From positions 1 through 59,022 of IMG/VR virus record IMGVR_UViG_3300050505_000109: a stretch of 59,022 nucleotides of DNA; one strand, given 5' to 3'. Position numbers and translations under genes: made by a program. Of this stretch, positions 48,575-56,992 are shown one piece after another (position 1 is the stretch's first letter; each line of letters opens with the position of its first letter). Under the pieces are notes generated by a model. It was not told where the DNA came from. It did no database searches and was given only the letters and a program-made list of their open reading frames with translations. This stretch comes from a virus. Lineage: Duplodnaviria; Caudoviricetes.

Positions 48575-49077
48575 TGCTCCCTCCAGTCGAAGTGGTGGTT
48601 CTCGCCCTCAGCCTTGAGGCGGTCGGCGAGGGTCTTCTCGAAGGCGGTCCAGCGGCCTACCATCTCGACGGCTCGGGCGTGGAGCGACTTCAGCTCGGGA
48701 GGGGAGCCCGGTGGCCTGTGCCCGCCTCCACTCTGCAACTCGCCTTTGTCGTTCATCGTAGCGACAGTGGGCAGCCTGCCATGCTTGATGCAATACCAGA
48801 CCGGATCGTTCTCAGGCTGAGCATAGTTGATGAGACCCTCTCGCCAGCCAGCTTTGCAGCCGGGCTCTGAGCAGATAGGAGAGCCGATCACAGGCGAAGC
48901 CGACGGCGCCCAGCCCTGGTTGCCCCGGATGATGTAGAGCAGGAGGTTGAGGTCACGCTGAGTGGTCTCGACTTCAGCCGCCGTCGGAAGGTCAGCCGAA
49001 GCCAACCATTTGACGAGCTGGAGCTTGATTTTCCCAAGGTGGGCTCTGACCTGTTCGTTCACTGGGATCGTCTCCAT
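48571..49077 (-). CDS. hypothetical protein with CxxxxC...CxxH zinc site
   Basis: ICSEPGC...WYCIKH. Confidence 0.65.
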   Translation of the reverse strand: METIPVNEQVRAHLGKIKLQLVKWLASADLPTAAEVETTQRDLNLLLYIIRGNQGWAPSASPVIGSPICSEPGCKAGWREGLINYAQPENDPVWYCIKHGRLPTVATMNDKGELQSGGGHRPPGSPPELKSLHARAVEMVGRWTAFEKTLADRLKAEGENHHFDWREQ

Positions 49078-49262
49078 TTCAAGTCGTAGAATTTACTCCG
49101 CCAAGCTTCAGCGAGCGTGCGATGGGTGAAGAATGGAAATGGCGGAGGATCAAAATCATCACTGACGAAAGCTCCTCTAGGAGGCGGCTCTAGTCTAGTC
49201 TGGCGTTCCTCAGCAGTCTCATAATAGTATCTGCTCATTTTAGGTGAGTCCATGAGACGCAT
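49059..49262 (-). CDS. hypothetical protein
   Basis: 67 aa in operon. Confidence 0.5.
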   Translation of the reverse strand: MRLMDSPKMSRYYYETAEERQTRLEPPPRGAFVSDDFDPPPFPFFTHRTLAEAWRSKFYDLKWRRSQ

Positions 49263-49416
49263 CTTCCCTAGAAATGTTCACTTGAAGTTCAGCAAGAGGG
49301 GCTGCCGAGACCTTGCGCAAAGCTAAGCTACAGTGGGGGAGCCGCCCGTCGGTGACGGCTCCGAATGCTCTGCCCTCTTTGCTGCTGGCCGAGATCGCAG
49401 GGGGGAAGCGCCCCGG

Positions 49417-49929
49417 CTAGGCGGCCCGCCGGCTTCCGGCGGTGGTCGGTCGAGCGCTTACAGCAACCACGTCGCTGTAGATCGTCTCGATGTCGTTCGG
49501 GTCAGTGCGCTGCTTGATGCGAACGAAGCAAGACAGACCTTCGAGGTGGCGCAGGCTGAACTTCCGGCCCGGCTTGATGCCGACGGCCTCCTTCAGCTTG
49601 CCGAGCTTCACATTTGCATTCGGGTTGTCGTCCTTCGTCAGCAGGCGCTGGCCGCTGGCGTCGGTCTCCAGGAAGAGCCCGAGCTTGGCGACCGGCTCCT
49701 TGAGGGAGGTCGACGCTTTGACGTTCTCGTCGTCGATCACGAAGAGCACGTCGGCGGCAGTCCAACGATTGCCGTTCTTGTCGATGCCCCCTCTCATGCT
49801 GATGCCGCCCTCCTTGATGTGGGCGGAGAACTCCCCCTCTGGGATCGGGATGAGGCGGGTGTTGAAGTCGCCGTCGGTCTCAGTTTCGAGGAGGGCCGAC
49901 GGGTCAAAGGCTGAGGTTGCTGATTGCAT
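49417..49929 (-). CDS. DUF669-like ssDNA-binding protein
   Basis: PIPEGE..A.I OB-fold start; LGKLKEAVG; follows the AAA_24 gene; AGGAG SD. Confidence 0.7.
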   Translation of the reverse strand: MQSATSAFDPSALLETETDGDFNTRLIPIPEGEFSAHIKEGGISMRGGIDKNGNRWTAADVLFVIDDENVKASTSLKEPVAKLGLFLETDASGQRLLTKDDNPNANVKLGKLKEAVGIKPGRKFSLRHLEGLSCFVRIKQRTDPNDIETIYSDVVAVSARPTTAGSRRAA

Positions 49930-49982
49930 TGTTGAGGACTCCTAGTATGTGAATGACGGCAGACAGAAAGCAGCGGTTGCCG

Positions 49983-50837
49983 TCAGGGGCCGCTACCAAG
50001 GATTTGCTCGAAGCTTGGCTCAATCGCCTCACTGAAGGGCAGCTTCCTCGCTTTGAGGTCCATGTTGTTCTCGACGGTGCTCCACCAGAACCGATTTCGG
50101 TCGTCCCGGCGGGTGTAGACAATCTCGCTGAAGAGGTCTTTAGTGAGACGGGGGGCGAGTTTATTCCCGACGGTGTGCATAGTGAGCTTGAGGCCACCGA
50201 GTGGGTCAGGCTCCCGGTCGATATGGGCGATCAGGACGAAGCTCGCTCGGATGCTGATGCACTTCCTCAGCATGTTTTCAATCAGTTGCCCTACTGCGTC
50301 GTATTCGGGCCAAGTCTTGCAAGGCTTGAGGCCGAAGCTGAATTGCATTGCAGCCCGAGTGAGCCCAGTGAGCCCGTCGACTGCGACAGCAAAGCTTTCA
50401 TCAAGCTTGTCCACCGGGCCGAATACTTCTCCGCAACGGTCACACTTGAAGTTCGCCAGACAATTGTAGGTGTCTAGGAACTGAGTATAATCTCGCTTGT
50501 TCGGGTCGGTGATCTTCTGGATGTCTGTGGCTAGCTGGACACGCTCGGCTTGGTCGATGAGGGTGTCCCAATCTACATCGAGCGGAGCGATGTAGTGGAC
50601 ATGAAGGCCCTGCTCACAGGTGCAGTCGCCAAGGCTATCCTCGAAGCCGGGCTCTAGGCTGACGACGAGGACGGTGCGGCCAACGCCTTTGAGGAGGCGG
50701 CCTGACCCCACTGGGTCAGGATAGGACTTCAGCAAGGTGCGGAGGGCAGTCGTCTTGCCTGTCGCGACTGGCCCCATCAGGAGCGTGTTCGTCCGAGAGA
50801 GGACTAAAGGCAAGGATTCGATGGCAGCAAGAGTCAC
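49983..50837 (-). CDS. AAA_24 / Sak4-like RecA-fold annealase
   Basis: LMGPVATGKTT, VDGLTGL, LIAH..RE, G.KLAP.L...FSE. Confidence 0.82.
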   Translation of the reverse strand: MTLAAIESLPLVLSRTNTLLMGPVATGKTTALRTLLKSYPDPVGSGRLLKGVGRTVLVVSLEPGFEDSLGDCTCEQGLHVHYIAPLDVDWDTLIDQAERVQLATDIQKITDPNKRDYTQFLDTYNCLANFKCDRCGEVFGPVDKLDESFAVAVDGLTGLTRAAMQFSFGLKPCKTWPEYDAVGQLIENMLRKCISIRASFVLIAHIDREPDPLGGLKLTMHTVGNKLAPRLTKDLFSEIVYTRRDDRNRFWWSTVENNMDLKARKLPFSEAIEPSFEQILGSGP

Positions 50838-50918
50838 AGCACTCTCTCCTGTTGTTCTTTGATAAGATCGTCGAGGTCACTAGCATGCTTATCCGGTTTT
50901 CACCCATGAGAACTACAG

Positions 50919-51209
50919 TTAGCGTGCTGCCAACTGCCCGAATAGAGGCCGTCGTAGGTCGGTGCGGCGGCACTTCCGCTGATCCCGAGCAACAGCGGCC
51001 AGCTTGGCATCATCAAGGCTGCTATACTCGCCAACGGTCTTGTGGTTAAAGCCGTCGCCTTTGCCGAACGATTTATCAATTACGACGACGAAATTGCTGC
51101 CGTTGCGCAGAACCCATTCGGTGATTTCGTATCTGCCGAGCGTCCCGGTCATGACGTGCAAATCGCCGTCGCGGGTCCACCGCTTGCTGCGGTTGGGATG
51201 ATTGACCAC
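50919..51209 (-). CDS. Small protein of the 'M.NHPNRS' type
   Basis: GGGAGG SD; N-terminal MVNHPNRSK. Confidence 0.7.
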   Translation of the reverse strand: MVNHPNRSKRWTRDGDLHVMTGTLGRYEITEWVLRNGSNFVVVIDKSFGKGDGFNHKTVGEYSSLDDAKLAAVARDQRKCRRTDLRRPLFGQLAAR

Positions 51210-51328
51210 CGATCAAGCCTCCCGGCGCGAGAAACGGGGCGAGAAATTGCTGGTCAGTTGCCCCGTCTCTCGGTCGAGGCAGTATCGACGAAGACACCAT
51301 ACAGCTTCCTCTGACAGCACGATCTCAC

Positions 51329-52288
51329 TCATGCGTCCACCTCCCGCCGGAGAGGGTCCCATCTAACTACCTGGAAGCTATCATACCAATTCTCAGGATG
51401 CTCACTCTCACAGAGTCCGGTGAAGCCACAGCCTCCATAGGCAGAACAGGCTTGGTCAAAGGCTTGATCGAAGGCTTTGTAAGGCTCGGCGGCGAACCTG
51501 TCTCTGGCTTCTAGCCACATATCAGTGGCCCGATTGATGTCCTTAGCGAGCTGGGCGAGCCAGTTGTCGACAAGCCAGTCAGGACGGGTGAGGATGGCTT
51601 GCTCGAATTGGATTGAGCCTTTCAGCACTCCGATGCCCCGGATGACACAGCCGGTCACGTTGAGGCCGAAGCTACGTCCGCCCCAGCAATATCCTGTCAG
51701 CTGTCCACGAAGAGGCCAGTTACTGCGCCAAGTCGCTCCTAGTGCCATCGTGGTCTTCTCGTCTACGACGAAGATAGCATCATTAAATGAAGCCAGCATG
51801 TCGAAGCGGCCGGCGTAGATGATCGGCTGTCCAGTGACAGGATGCTTAGTGTCGGGGACAGGTAGGGCGAAGGTCTTCTCAACCATCGGCTCGCCGTCGA
51901 TTATGAGAGGACTGAGTTGGTCGGAGCTTAGGGGGAAGTTCTCGAAGTAGCTGTAAAGAGCGTCGAGGGCAGCGTCGAGCGTCTTGACGCTCGCTCTAGA
52001 ATTCAGGATTTCTTCTGGCGGCTCCCAGTCGCCCCACGCCGTAATTACGGCGTGGAGGCCGGCGGCGACAGACTGAACTTCGGTGAGTCCATCCTGCCAG
52101 AAGGCTTTGCGGGTCACTTCAAGACCGCGAGCAATAGCCCCTCCAAAATGAAGATGGATGGAGGTAGAAGACTTACGGAGGCTGAGCAGGGTGCCGAAGA
52201 ACCACTGACGAGGGCAAGCTACGAAGGCGCTCCTCATACTAGAATCCCAGACTTCGGGGAAGTCAGGAAGAACAGAGGTTTCGGTCAC
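51329..52288 (-). CDS. PD-(D/E)XK Cas4/RecB-like exonuclease
   Basis: SS.R.AF..CPR, GRFD, DEKTT, QL.GY, C..YGGC.F..LC Fe-S cysteines; GTGA-coupled start. Confidence 0.88.
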   Translation of the reverse strand: MTETSVLPDFPEVWDSSMRSAFVACPRQWFFGTLLSLRKSSTSIHLHFGGAIARGLEVTRKAFWQDGLTEVQSVAAGLHAVITAWGDWEPPEEILNSRASVKTLDAALDALYSYFENFPLSSDQLSPLIIDGEPMVEKTFALPVPDTKHPVTGQPIIYAGRFDMLASFNDAIFVVDEKTTMALGATWRSNWPLRGQLTGYCWGGRSFGLNVTGCVIRGIGVLKGSIQFEQAILTRPDWLVDNWLAQLAKDINRATDMWLEARDRFAAEPYKAFDQAFDQACSAYGGCGFTGLCESEHPENWYDSFQVVRWDPLRREVDA

Positions 52289-52488
52289 TGGCTGCTTCCC
52301 CGACGGTGGTTCCACCCCCGTCGCTTTGCTCCGCCAACAGAGGCCGGCAGGAGAGCCCACCTATGGCCGTCACAATAGCTGCTGAATATATGACAACGGG
52401 TGCAGACTTGATCGACCCTGCTGCTTCTAAAGAACTGCGCTATGGTGAGCCAGCGATGACCTTTAGGGTGACAACAGGGCATCATCAC
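52285..52488 (-). CDS. small Cys/His-rich protein
   Basis: CC...GH.W...CTRC; overlaps its neighbours by 4 nt. Confidence 0.55.
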   Translation of the reverse strand: MMMPCCHPKGHRWLTIAQFFRSSRVDQVCTRCHIFSSYCDGHRWALLPASVGGAKRRGWNHRRGSSQ

Positions 52489-52772
52489 AGGTCGTCCTGG
52501 TCTAAGATCGCGCGAAGGTCTTCAGTCGTGACCGGGCGAGCTTCAGTCCGGCTTCGCCGGACAGGAGTGGCTGCTGGTGTTCGGGCGGCGGCACGGCGGT
52601 CTCGGCGGATGTCGTTGACGATGAGGAGCATCTCCTCGGCGTCGATCTCTTCGCCTTCGAGAACCCTCAACCGTAAGTCTTGGGTGAGCTGGTCGCTGGT
52701 GAGGTAGCGGCGGTCCTGGTTAAGCAGGAGGTCGCGGATCCTGCCTGCTACCTCGATTGAATTCAGCTTCAT
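52485..52772 (-). CDS. hypothetical protein
   Basis: 95 aa; coupled. Confidence 0.65.
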   Translation of the reverse strand: MKLNSIEVAGRIRDLLLNQDRRYLTSDQLTQDLRLRVLEGEEIDAEEMLLIVNDIRRDRRAAARTPAATPVRRSRTEARPVTTEDLRAILDQDDL

Positions 52773-52880
52773 CGGACAGCTCCGGCAAATGGGGCCAGCA
52801 CTGAATCAGAGTGCTGGCCCTCACTCGCAGCTAGGCGCTTTAACGTCCTCAAGGGGCGACCTAGCGCTTCGCAGGGGTTC

Positions 52881-53219
52881 CTACAAGCGTCCTTGTAGTG
52901 GTGCCGGCTTACCCTGCGATTCTGAATGGGGAGGCAGTAGCTTTCCGGGCGAAGCCCGGAATCGGCCTGATCGGTGGAGGCGGTCGGAGATGTGGGCGGC
53001 GTTGAGGGCATCCTGCTCTTCCCTAGTAAGCTGGAGGGCCTCAGAAAGCCGCTGTAGGCGTGCAGCAGGGACCGGACGGTAGCCCCAGATGATTTCCCAC
53101 ATGAACCGGCGATTGATGCCTAGAGCAGCTGCTACGGCGGGCCTGGAGAGGCTGTGGCGGTGCAGGGCATCGAGGATCAGTCGACCGACGGCGCTGGGCT
53201 CTCTCTGTTCAGTTGTCAT
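52881..53219 (-). CDS. XRE-like HTH regulator
   Basis: LSRPAVAAALGINRRFMWEIIWGYRP...L..LSEAL. Confidence 0.7.
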   Translation of the reverse strand: MTTEQREPSAVGRLILDALHRHSLSRPAVAAALGINRRFMWEIIWGYRPVPAARLQRLSEALQLTREEQDALNAAHISDRLHRSGRFRASPGKLLPPHSESQGKPAPLQGRL

Positions 53220-53227
53220 CGGCAGAG

Positions 53228-53256
53228 AGCCTAGAGCACGGTCTAGCAGGATGCAA
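53228..53256 (-). promoter_or_regulatory. sigma70-like promoter, near-leaderless, for the HTH gene
   Basis: TTGCAT-N17-TAGGCT, 8 nt before ATG 53219; no SD. Confidence 0.55.
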
Positions 53257-53279
53257 GACAGAAATGTGGGGGGAGGCAG

Positions 53280-53321
53280 AAAAAATCCCCGGCGGGAGCA
53301 GAGGGCTCAACCAGCCGGGGA
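53280..53321 (-). terminator. Probable intrinsic terminator
   Basis: CCCCGGC...GCCGGGG stem followed by a T6 run on the minus strand. Confidence 0.55.
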
Positions 53322-53358
53322 GAGTCGTCGTCAGCACACAGGACAGAGCGTAGCGAGG

Positions 53359-53925
53359 CTAGACTGAGAGGTCAAGCGACTCGGCAGGGGCGCGCTTGGC
53401 GGCGGCAGCGGCCTCGGCGGCGCGCTTGGCGGTGATCTCCGCGATGACGCCGGCGATGGTCTTATGGGCGCGAAGCTGGCGCTTAGCCGGGCCGGTGTCG
53501 AGACCGTGCTTCTTGCCGTAGGCCGGCAGCCAAATCGTCTCGACCCAATCGACCGGCTTCTGGAGATGCTGGGCGAGGGCCTGCATCAGCACATCGGGCT
53601 CGGCCTCACGCCGGGGCAGCCCCGGCTTCCAATCGCCACTCTGGAGCCGTCGCGCCATCGCCCGCGCCGCCCCCACTGGATCGTCACTGGTGTTATAGGC
53701 GGTCTGCATAATGTTGACGGCACCGTAGGCAGTCACAGTGTCTTTGATCGACGGATGAATCTTAGTCCCGTCAATCTCGACGACATGGCCGCCGAGGTCA
53801 GAGCTGAATTCGATCCGGCCGACGTGACCCTCGTAGCGAGAAGTGGCGATCTTGCGCTTCTGGCGAGAGGTGGAGGCGGCGGCTCCGTTGCCGCCAGTCT
53901 GGGTGTTGGTGGTGGCGTCGCTCAT
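53359..53925 (-). CDS. hypothetical protein (probably highly expressed)
   Basis: GGAG SD; own promoter and terminator; optimised codons. Confidence 0.8.
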   Translation of the reverse strand: MSDATTNTQTGGNGAAASTSRQKRKIATSRYEGHVGRIEFSSDLGGHVVEIDGTKIHPSIKDTVTAYGAVNIMQTAYNTSDDPVGAARAMARRLQSGDWKPGLPRREAEPDVLMQALAQHLQKPVDWVETIWLPAYGKKHGLDTGPAKRQLRAHKTIAGVIAEITAKRAAEAAAAAKRAPAESLDLSV

Positions 53926-54039
53926 TGAAGTTCTCCAGCACGAGTTGAGGAAAAAGGGGCCGCCGAGGATGAAGCCGCGACGGCCCAAGTCTAGGGGAGG
54001 AATGCCTGGACGATCCGCCTAGATCGAACGGACGGGCTC

Positions 54040-54068
54040 AATATAGAGGAAGCCGGCGGCCTTATCAA
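54040..54068 (-). promoter_or_regulatory. sigma70-like promoter
   Basis: TTGATA-N17-TATATT. Confidence 0.65.
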
Positions 54069-54120
54069 GGCTTTTTCATGAGATGAGCGAGAAGAGGGCT
54101 TGAGTCGTAGAGCTGAGTCG

Positions 54121-54420
54121 TCATCCGTGGAATGAAGGCTCGCCGCAGAACGTTGGCCTCAGAAGCTCTACCGAGAAACCTATCCACTTATAGGCGCCGC
54201 GATATTCGGCCGTCGGGACTAAGAGGAGCCGGCTGCCGCTGAGAGTGCCTCGATGGTAGTACCACGTCATATCGCCAAGCTGGAGGCTGACATGGACGAT
54301 CTTGCGGTCACGTTGGCGGCGATAGATGCAGATAGAAGGAGTGTCTGGAGGCAAGAGGGCGCGGATCGCAATCAGCCGTTTGAGCGCCTGAGCGCCAGAG
54401 AGCTTCTCGGTATCAGTCAT
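54121..54420 (-). CDS. hypothetical protein
   Basis: 99 aa; ATGA coupling. Confidence 0.6.
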   Translation of the reverse strand: MTDTEKLSGAQALKRLIAIRALLPPDTPSICIYRRQRDRKIVHVSLQLGDMTWYYHRGTLSGSRLLLVPTAEYRGAYKWIGFSVELLRPTFCGEPSFHG

Positions 54421-54932
54421 CGGCGGTTGCCTGGGAGCACAAGCTTAGCCTTTCTGAAGAAGTCTTCGCCGGCTTCGGGAATGTCTGATATGCCGCAGTC
54501 ATCTGCAGCAGCCTCTTCTGGCTTTGACGACGGCGGCGACGCCGCCGTCCAAGGGTCTTGGCAGAGTTCTAGCATATAGAGGCCGTCAAGGTCGCCCGTC
54601 GGCTCGATGCTGACCATGACCTTTGTAAGGGTGTCGATCAAGTCGAGGAGGACAGGGTGGTAGTCAGCGTCGGATTTGACGCCGGCGTAGACGGCTTGGC
54701 GGAAGGCGTAGAACTTGGAGCGGGCGGCACGGGCAGCTTTGAGGGGGAAGGGGCCGATCTTGAAGGTGCCTGTCTCTTTGAAGGTCAGGAGGGCTTGCTG
54801 GTAGGCAGGGTCGAATTGGGTCCAGCGGCGGGACATTGAGAGGGCTCCTTGGCGAAGTTGGCGGGCGTGGAGATTGCGGCGCTGGCGGTAGGCGGCGAGG
54901 CGGCGAGGGTCTTTGATGGATTGGAGGCTCAT
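54417..54932 (-). CDS. hypothetical protein, paralog of 56993..57325
   Basis: W..F...Y.QAL.....G..K.GP.....AR.A...FY shared motif. Confidence 0.7.
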   Translation of the reverse strand: MSLQSIKDPRRLAAYRQRRNLHARQLRQGALSMSRRWTQFDPAYQQALLTFKETGTFKIGPFPLKAARAARSKFYAFRQAVYAGVKSDADYHPVLLDLIDTLTKVMVSIEPTGDLDGLYMLELCQDPWTAASPPSSKPEEAAADDCGISDIPEAGEDFFRKAKLVLPGNRR

Positions 54933-54938
54933 GGCGGG

Positions 54939-54967
54939 AGGATAGGCAGCGCGGGAGGGGGTGTCAA
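54939..54967 (-). promoter_or_regulatory. sigma70 promoter, leaderless
   Basis: TTGACA-N17-TATCCT, 6 nt before ATG 54932. Confidence 0.7.
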
Positions 54968-54985
54968 TTCATTTGGGCAGCCGCA

Positions 54986-55201
54986 TAGATATCTGCCTGA
55001 AACGAGACCCTCCAGGGGCCTCCAGTTTTTATGCGGGTGGAGAGATAGTAGTGTTAGTCATGATGTGTGAGTTATTAATTATATATATATATATAAATAT
55101 CTATACATACATAACACTATAATCACCTATATCCACCTCTACCACCCTTTGCACGTAAATTGGGAAGGCACCTGGAGGGTCACGATTCAGCGATACATCT
55201 A
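54986..55201. repeat. Long imperfect inverted repeat centred on (TA)8; candidate origin
   Basis: GACCCTCCAGG (55006-55016) and CCTGGAGGGTC (55171-55181), plus further matching blocks (TAGAT, CTGAA, GGGTGG, TAGTGTTA); (TA)8 at 55080-55095. Confidence 0.8.
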
Positions 55202-55227
55202 GGCAATGGTCTGGTGCAGCGACTATC

Positions 55228-55256
55228 TTGACTACAGCGGCTATGCGGTTTATAGG
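55228..55256 (+). promoter_or_regulatory. sigma70-like promoter
   Basis: TTGACT-N17-TATAGG upstream of 55294. Confidence 0.5.
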
Positions 55257-55293
55257 CTATATCGTCCTTAGCTGCTCTGTCTGGAGCCGCCCT

Positions 55294-55641
55294 ATGTCCG
55301 ATCTTGATGCCGACGCCGCCGCCGATGCTCTCCTGTTCGGCGACCTCTACGACAGGGCCATGCACAGCCGCGAGCCGAATTGCTGGCCCGAGAGCTATCG
55401 AGCTGCCCCTTATCCGCTATCGAAGTTCGCCAAGGCGAAAGTAGGCCAGAGCGCCTTCATTGACGTGAACTACGAGGAGAGTGAGGAGAGATTGAAGGAG
55501 ATCAAGAAGTTCCACCGCTGGTGGCGAAAGCAAATCGGAGTAGAGTTCCTAATCTCAATGCACGAGACCGGATATGGGGCGCGGACAAAAGCCGACGGAA
55601 CACCTGAGACCTGTGTGATTCGTATTCAGAGGATCAAATGA
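55294..55641 (+). CDS. Small putative DNA-binding protein, paralog of 55638..55895
   Basis: GGAG SD; KF.KAKVGQS.FI...G.EF...IRIQR. Confidence 0.65.
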   Translation: MSDLDADAAADALLFGDLYDRAMHSREPNCWPESYRAAPYPLSKFAKAKVGQSAFIDVNYEESEERLKEIKKFHRWWRKQIGVEFLISMHETGYGARTKADGTPETCVIRIQRIK

Positions 55642-55895
55642 TGGCCCGGACTTATATCGATTATCCACAATCAGAAATACGGAAAGAGGCCATCATCGCA
55701 AGCCCAGGACGAGGAGCTAAATACAGGTTTGCTGACTTAGATGTAGGGGAGGTCTTCTATATATATAGAGTGGAGGGGAAGGTTCAGGTAGGGGGAGTTC
55801 ATGCTTCAAAGAGATATTGGGAGGGGAAGCTGCCAGGGCGGAAGTTTAATGTAAGGACAGTGAGTGTGGGAGTTAGAGTTCAGCGGGTCGAGTAG
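55638..55895 (+). CDS. Small phage protein of the 'KY.F..L.VG..F...RKF..R...GVRV.R' type
   Basis: GRGAKYRFADLDVGEVFYI...GRKFNVRT..VGVRVQR. Confidence 0.75.
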   Translation: MMARTYIDYPQSEIRKEAIIASPGRGAKYRFADLDVGEVFYIYRVEGKVQVGGVHASKRYWEGKLPGRKFNVRTVSVGVRVQRVE

Positions 55896-55926
55896 GCTAC
55901 CCACGCTGTAAGCTGCTCCTTAACAG

Positions 55927-56169
55927 CTACTTCCATGGCTGCTGCTCCATAGCTCCTCGATGCCGCCGAGCATCAGCGGCACTGTCCCGCAGCCACACCT
56001 GGATGGGCGTCAATGGAAACAGCCGGTCGATGTCCTCCTCGGTCACCCCAGACGCCTCCAGTTCCTCAACGTCCAGCATTGCCAATCGTCTGGCCAGAGA
56101 TCCCTTGTGATAATACTTCCTCGCTCTCATCCAGCGACGAGTGATCTCTTCGTCAGATGGCTTGCTCAT
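55927..56169 (-). CDS. hypothetical protein
   Basis: 80 aa; GAGGAG SD. Confidence 0.65.
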   Translation of the reverse strand: MSKPSDEEITRRWMRARKYYHKGSLARRLAMLDVEELEASGVTEEDIDRLFPLTPIQVWLRDSAADARRHRGAMEQQPWK

Positions 56170-56336
56170 ATCCCTGACTCCTCGATGATTGAGTCGAGAT
56201 ACCTGAGGTCCTCGACTTCACCGGCTAGCGCTACATCCCACTTCGCGTCGTCCCTGATCTTCCATACCGCGTCGCGGATCAGGTCTCGGAGCACCGCGGG
56301 ATCGAGAGCGTCAAGTTCCCAGCACTCATCTCCCAT
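56166..56336 (-). CDS. 56-aa fragment resembling the C-terminus of phage TOPRIM/TopoVI-A-like proteins
   Basis: MGDECWELDALDPAVLRDLIRDAV...; ATGA coupling to 56169. Confidence 0.55.
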   Translation of the reverse strand: MGDECWELDALDPAVLRDLIRDAVWKIRDDAKWDVALAGEVEDLRYLDSIIEESGI

Positions 56337-56547
56337 TGACTAAGGTGCGTAGCTCCGGCGTTAGGCGGTCGAATGCTTTTTGATCGGCTTCCCTAAGAAC
56401 TGCGTCGTTTTGCTTATACCAGAGCATCACAAGGTCATCAGGAGATTTTGCTTTATGGTAGTTGAGTTCTGAGAGCATCAGGGCTTCCTCCTGGCAAAGA
56501 GCGCATCGAGGATAACAGCAGGGCCGACGGTCGAAGGGACAGGTCAT
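56326..56547 (-). CDS. hypothetical protein
   Basis: Likely start MTCPFDRRPCC, coupled to the upstream stop. Confidence 0.5.
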   Translation of the reverse strand: MTCPFDRRPCCYPRCALCQEEALMLSELNYHKAKSPDDLVMLWYKQNDAVLREADQKAFDRLTPELRTLVNGR

Positions 56548-56732
56548 AGGCCGTACCGCAGAACCTTGATGATGATGACAGCCACGACGGCGCTGAGGAT
56601 GGTGAGAGTGGCGAGGGTCATCCACAGGCGCCAGAGGGTAGGCTCCCAGCGGTAGCGCCGACGAGGAAGGTTGTCGGGAAGCGCCTGTGCCATGTGGACA
56701 GAAGCACGGCGGGCAGCGGGGATGGTCTTCAT
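56544..56732 (-). CDS. single-TM membrane protein
   Basis: LWMTLATLTILSAVVAVIII. Confidence 0.6.
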   Translation of the reverse strand: MKTIPAARRASVHMAQALPDNLPRRRYRWEPTLWRLWMTLATLTILSAVVAVIIIKVLRYGL

Positions 56733-56914
56733 GAGTTCAGCCCTCCAATTAAGGTGAGGTAAGCACGGCCAGTCTGGGTTAAACGTAGAGCTGTCGAGGT
56801 TGGGTTTCCGAGAGAATTATATCTCCAAGCGTAAGGCTCAACCAAAACCGGCGGCGATAAGCTCATTGATGTAAGGATTCTGGCCCCAGATATTCTGTGT
56901 GTAATCAAACTCAC
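56729..56914 (-). CDS. hypothetical protein
   Basis: 61 aa; LTQTGRAYL wHTH-like end; coupled. Confidence 0.5.
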   Translation of the reverse strand: MSLITHRISGARILTSMSLSPPVLVEPYAWRYNSLGNPTSTALRLTQTGRAYLTLIGGLNS

Positions 56915-56992
56915 TCTTGAGGATGACTGAAGGAGTTTGAGTAAAGCGGCTCTTAAGATACTGAGCCGCCGTTTTAGAGAGGGTTGCCACGG

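Noticed and set aside
51329-52288. Cas4-like nuclease as evidence of CRISPR-Cas
   Set aside because: No repeat-spacer array or other cas genes seen; the Sak4/SSB context indicates a phage recombination exonuclease
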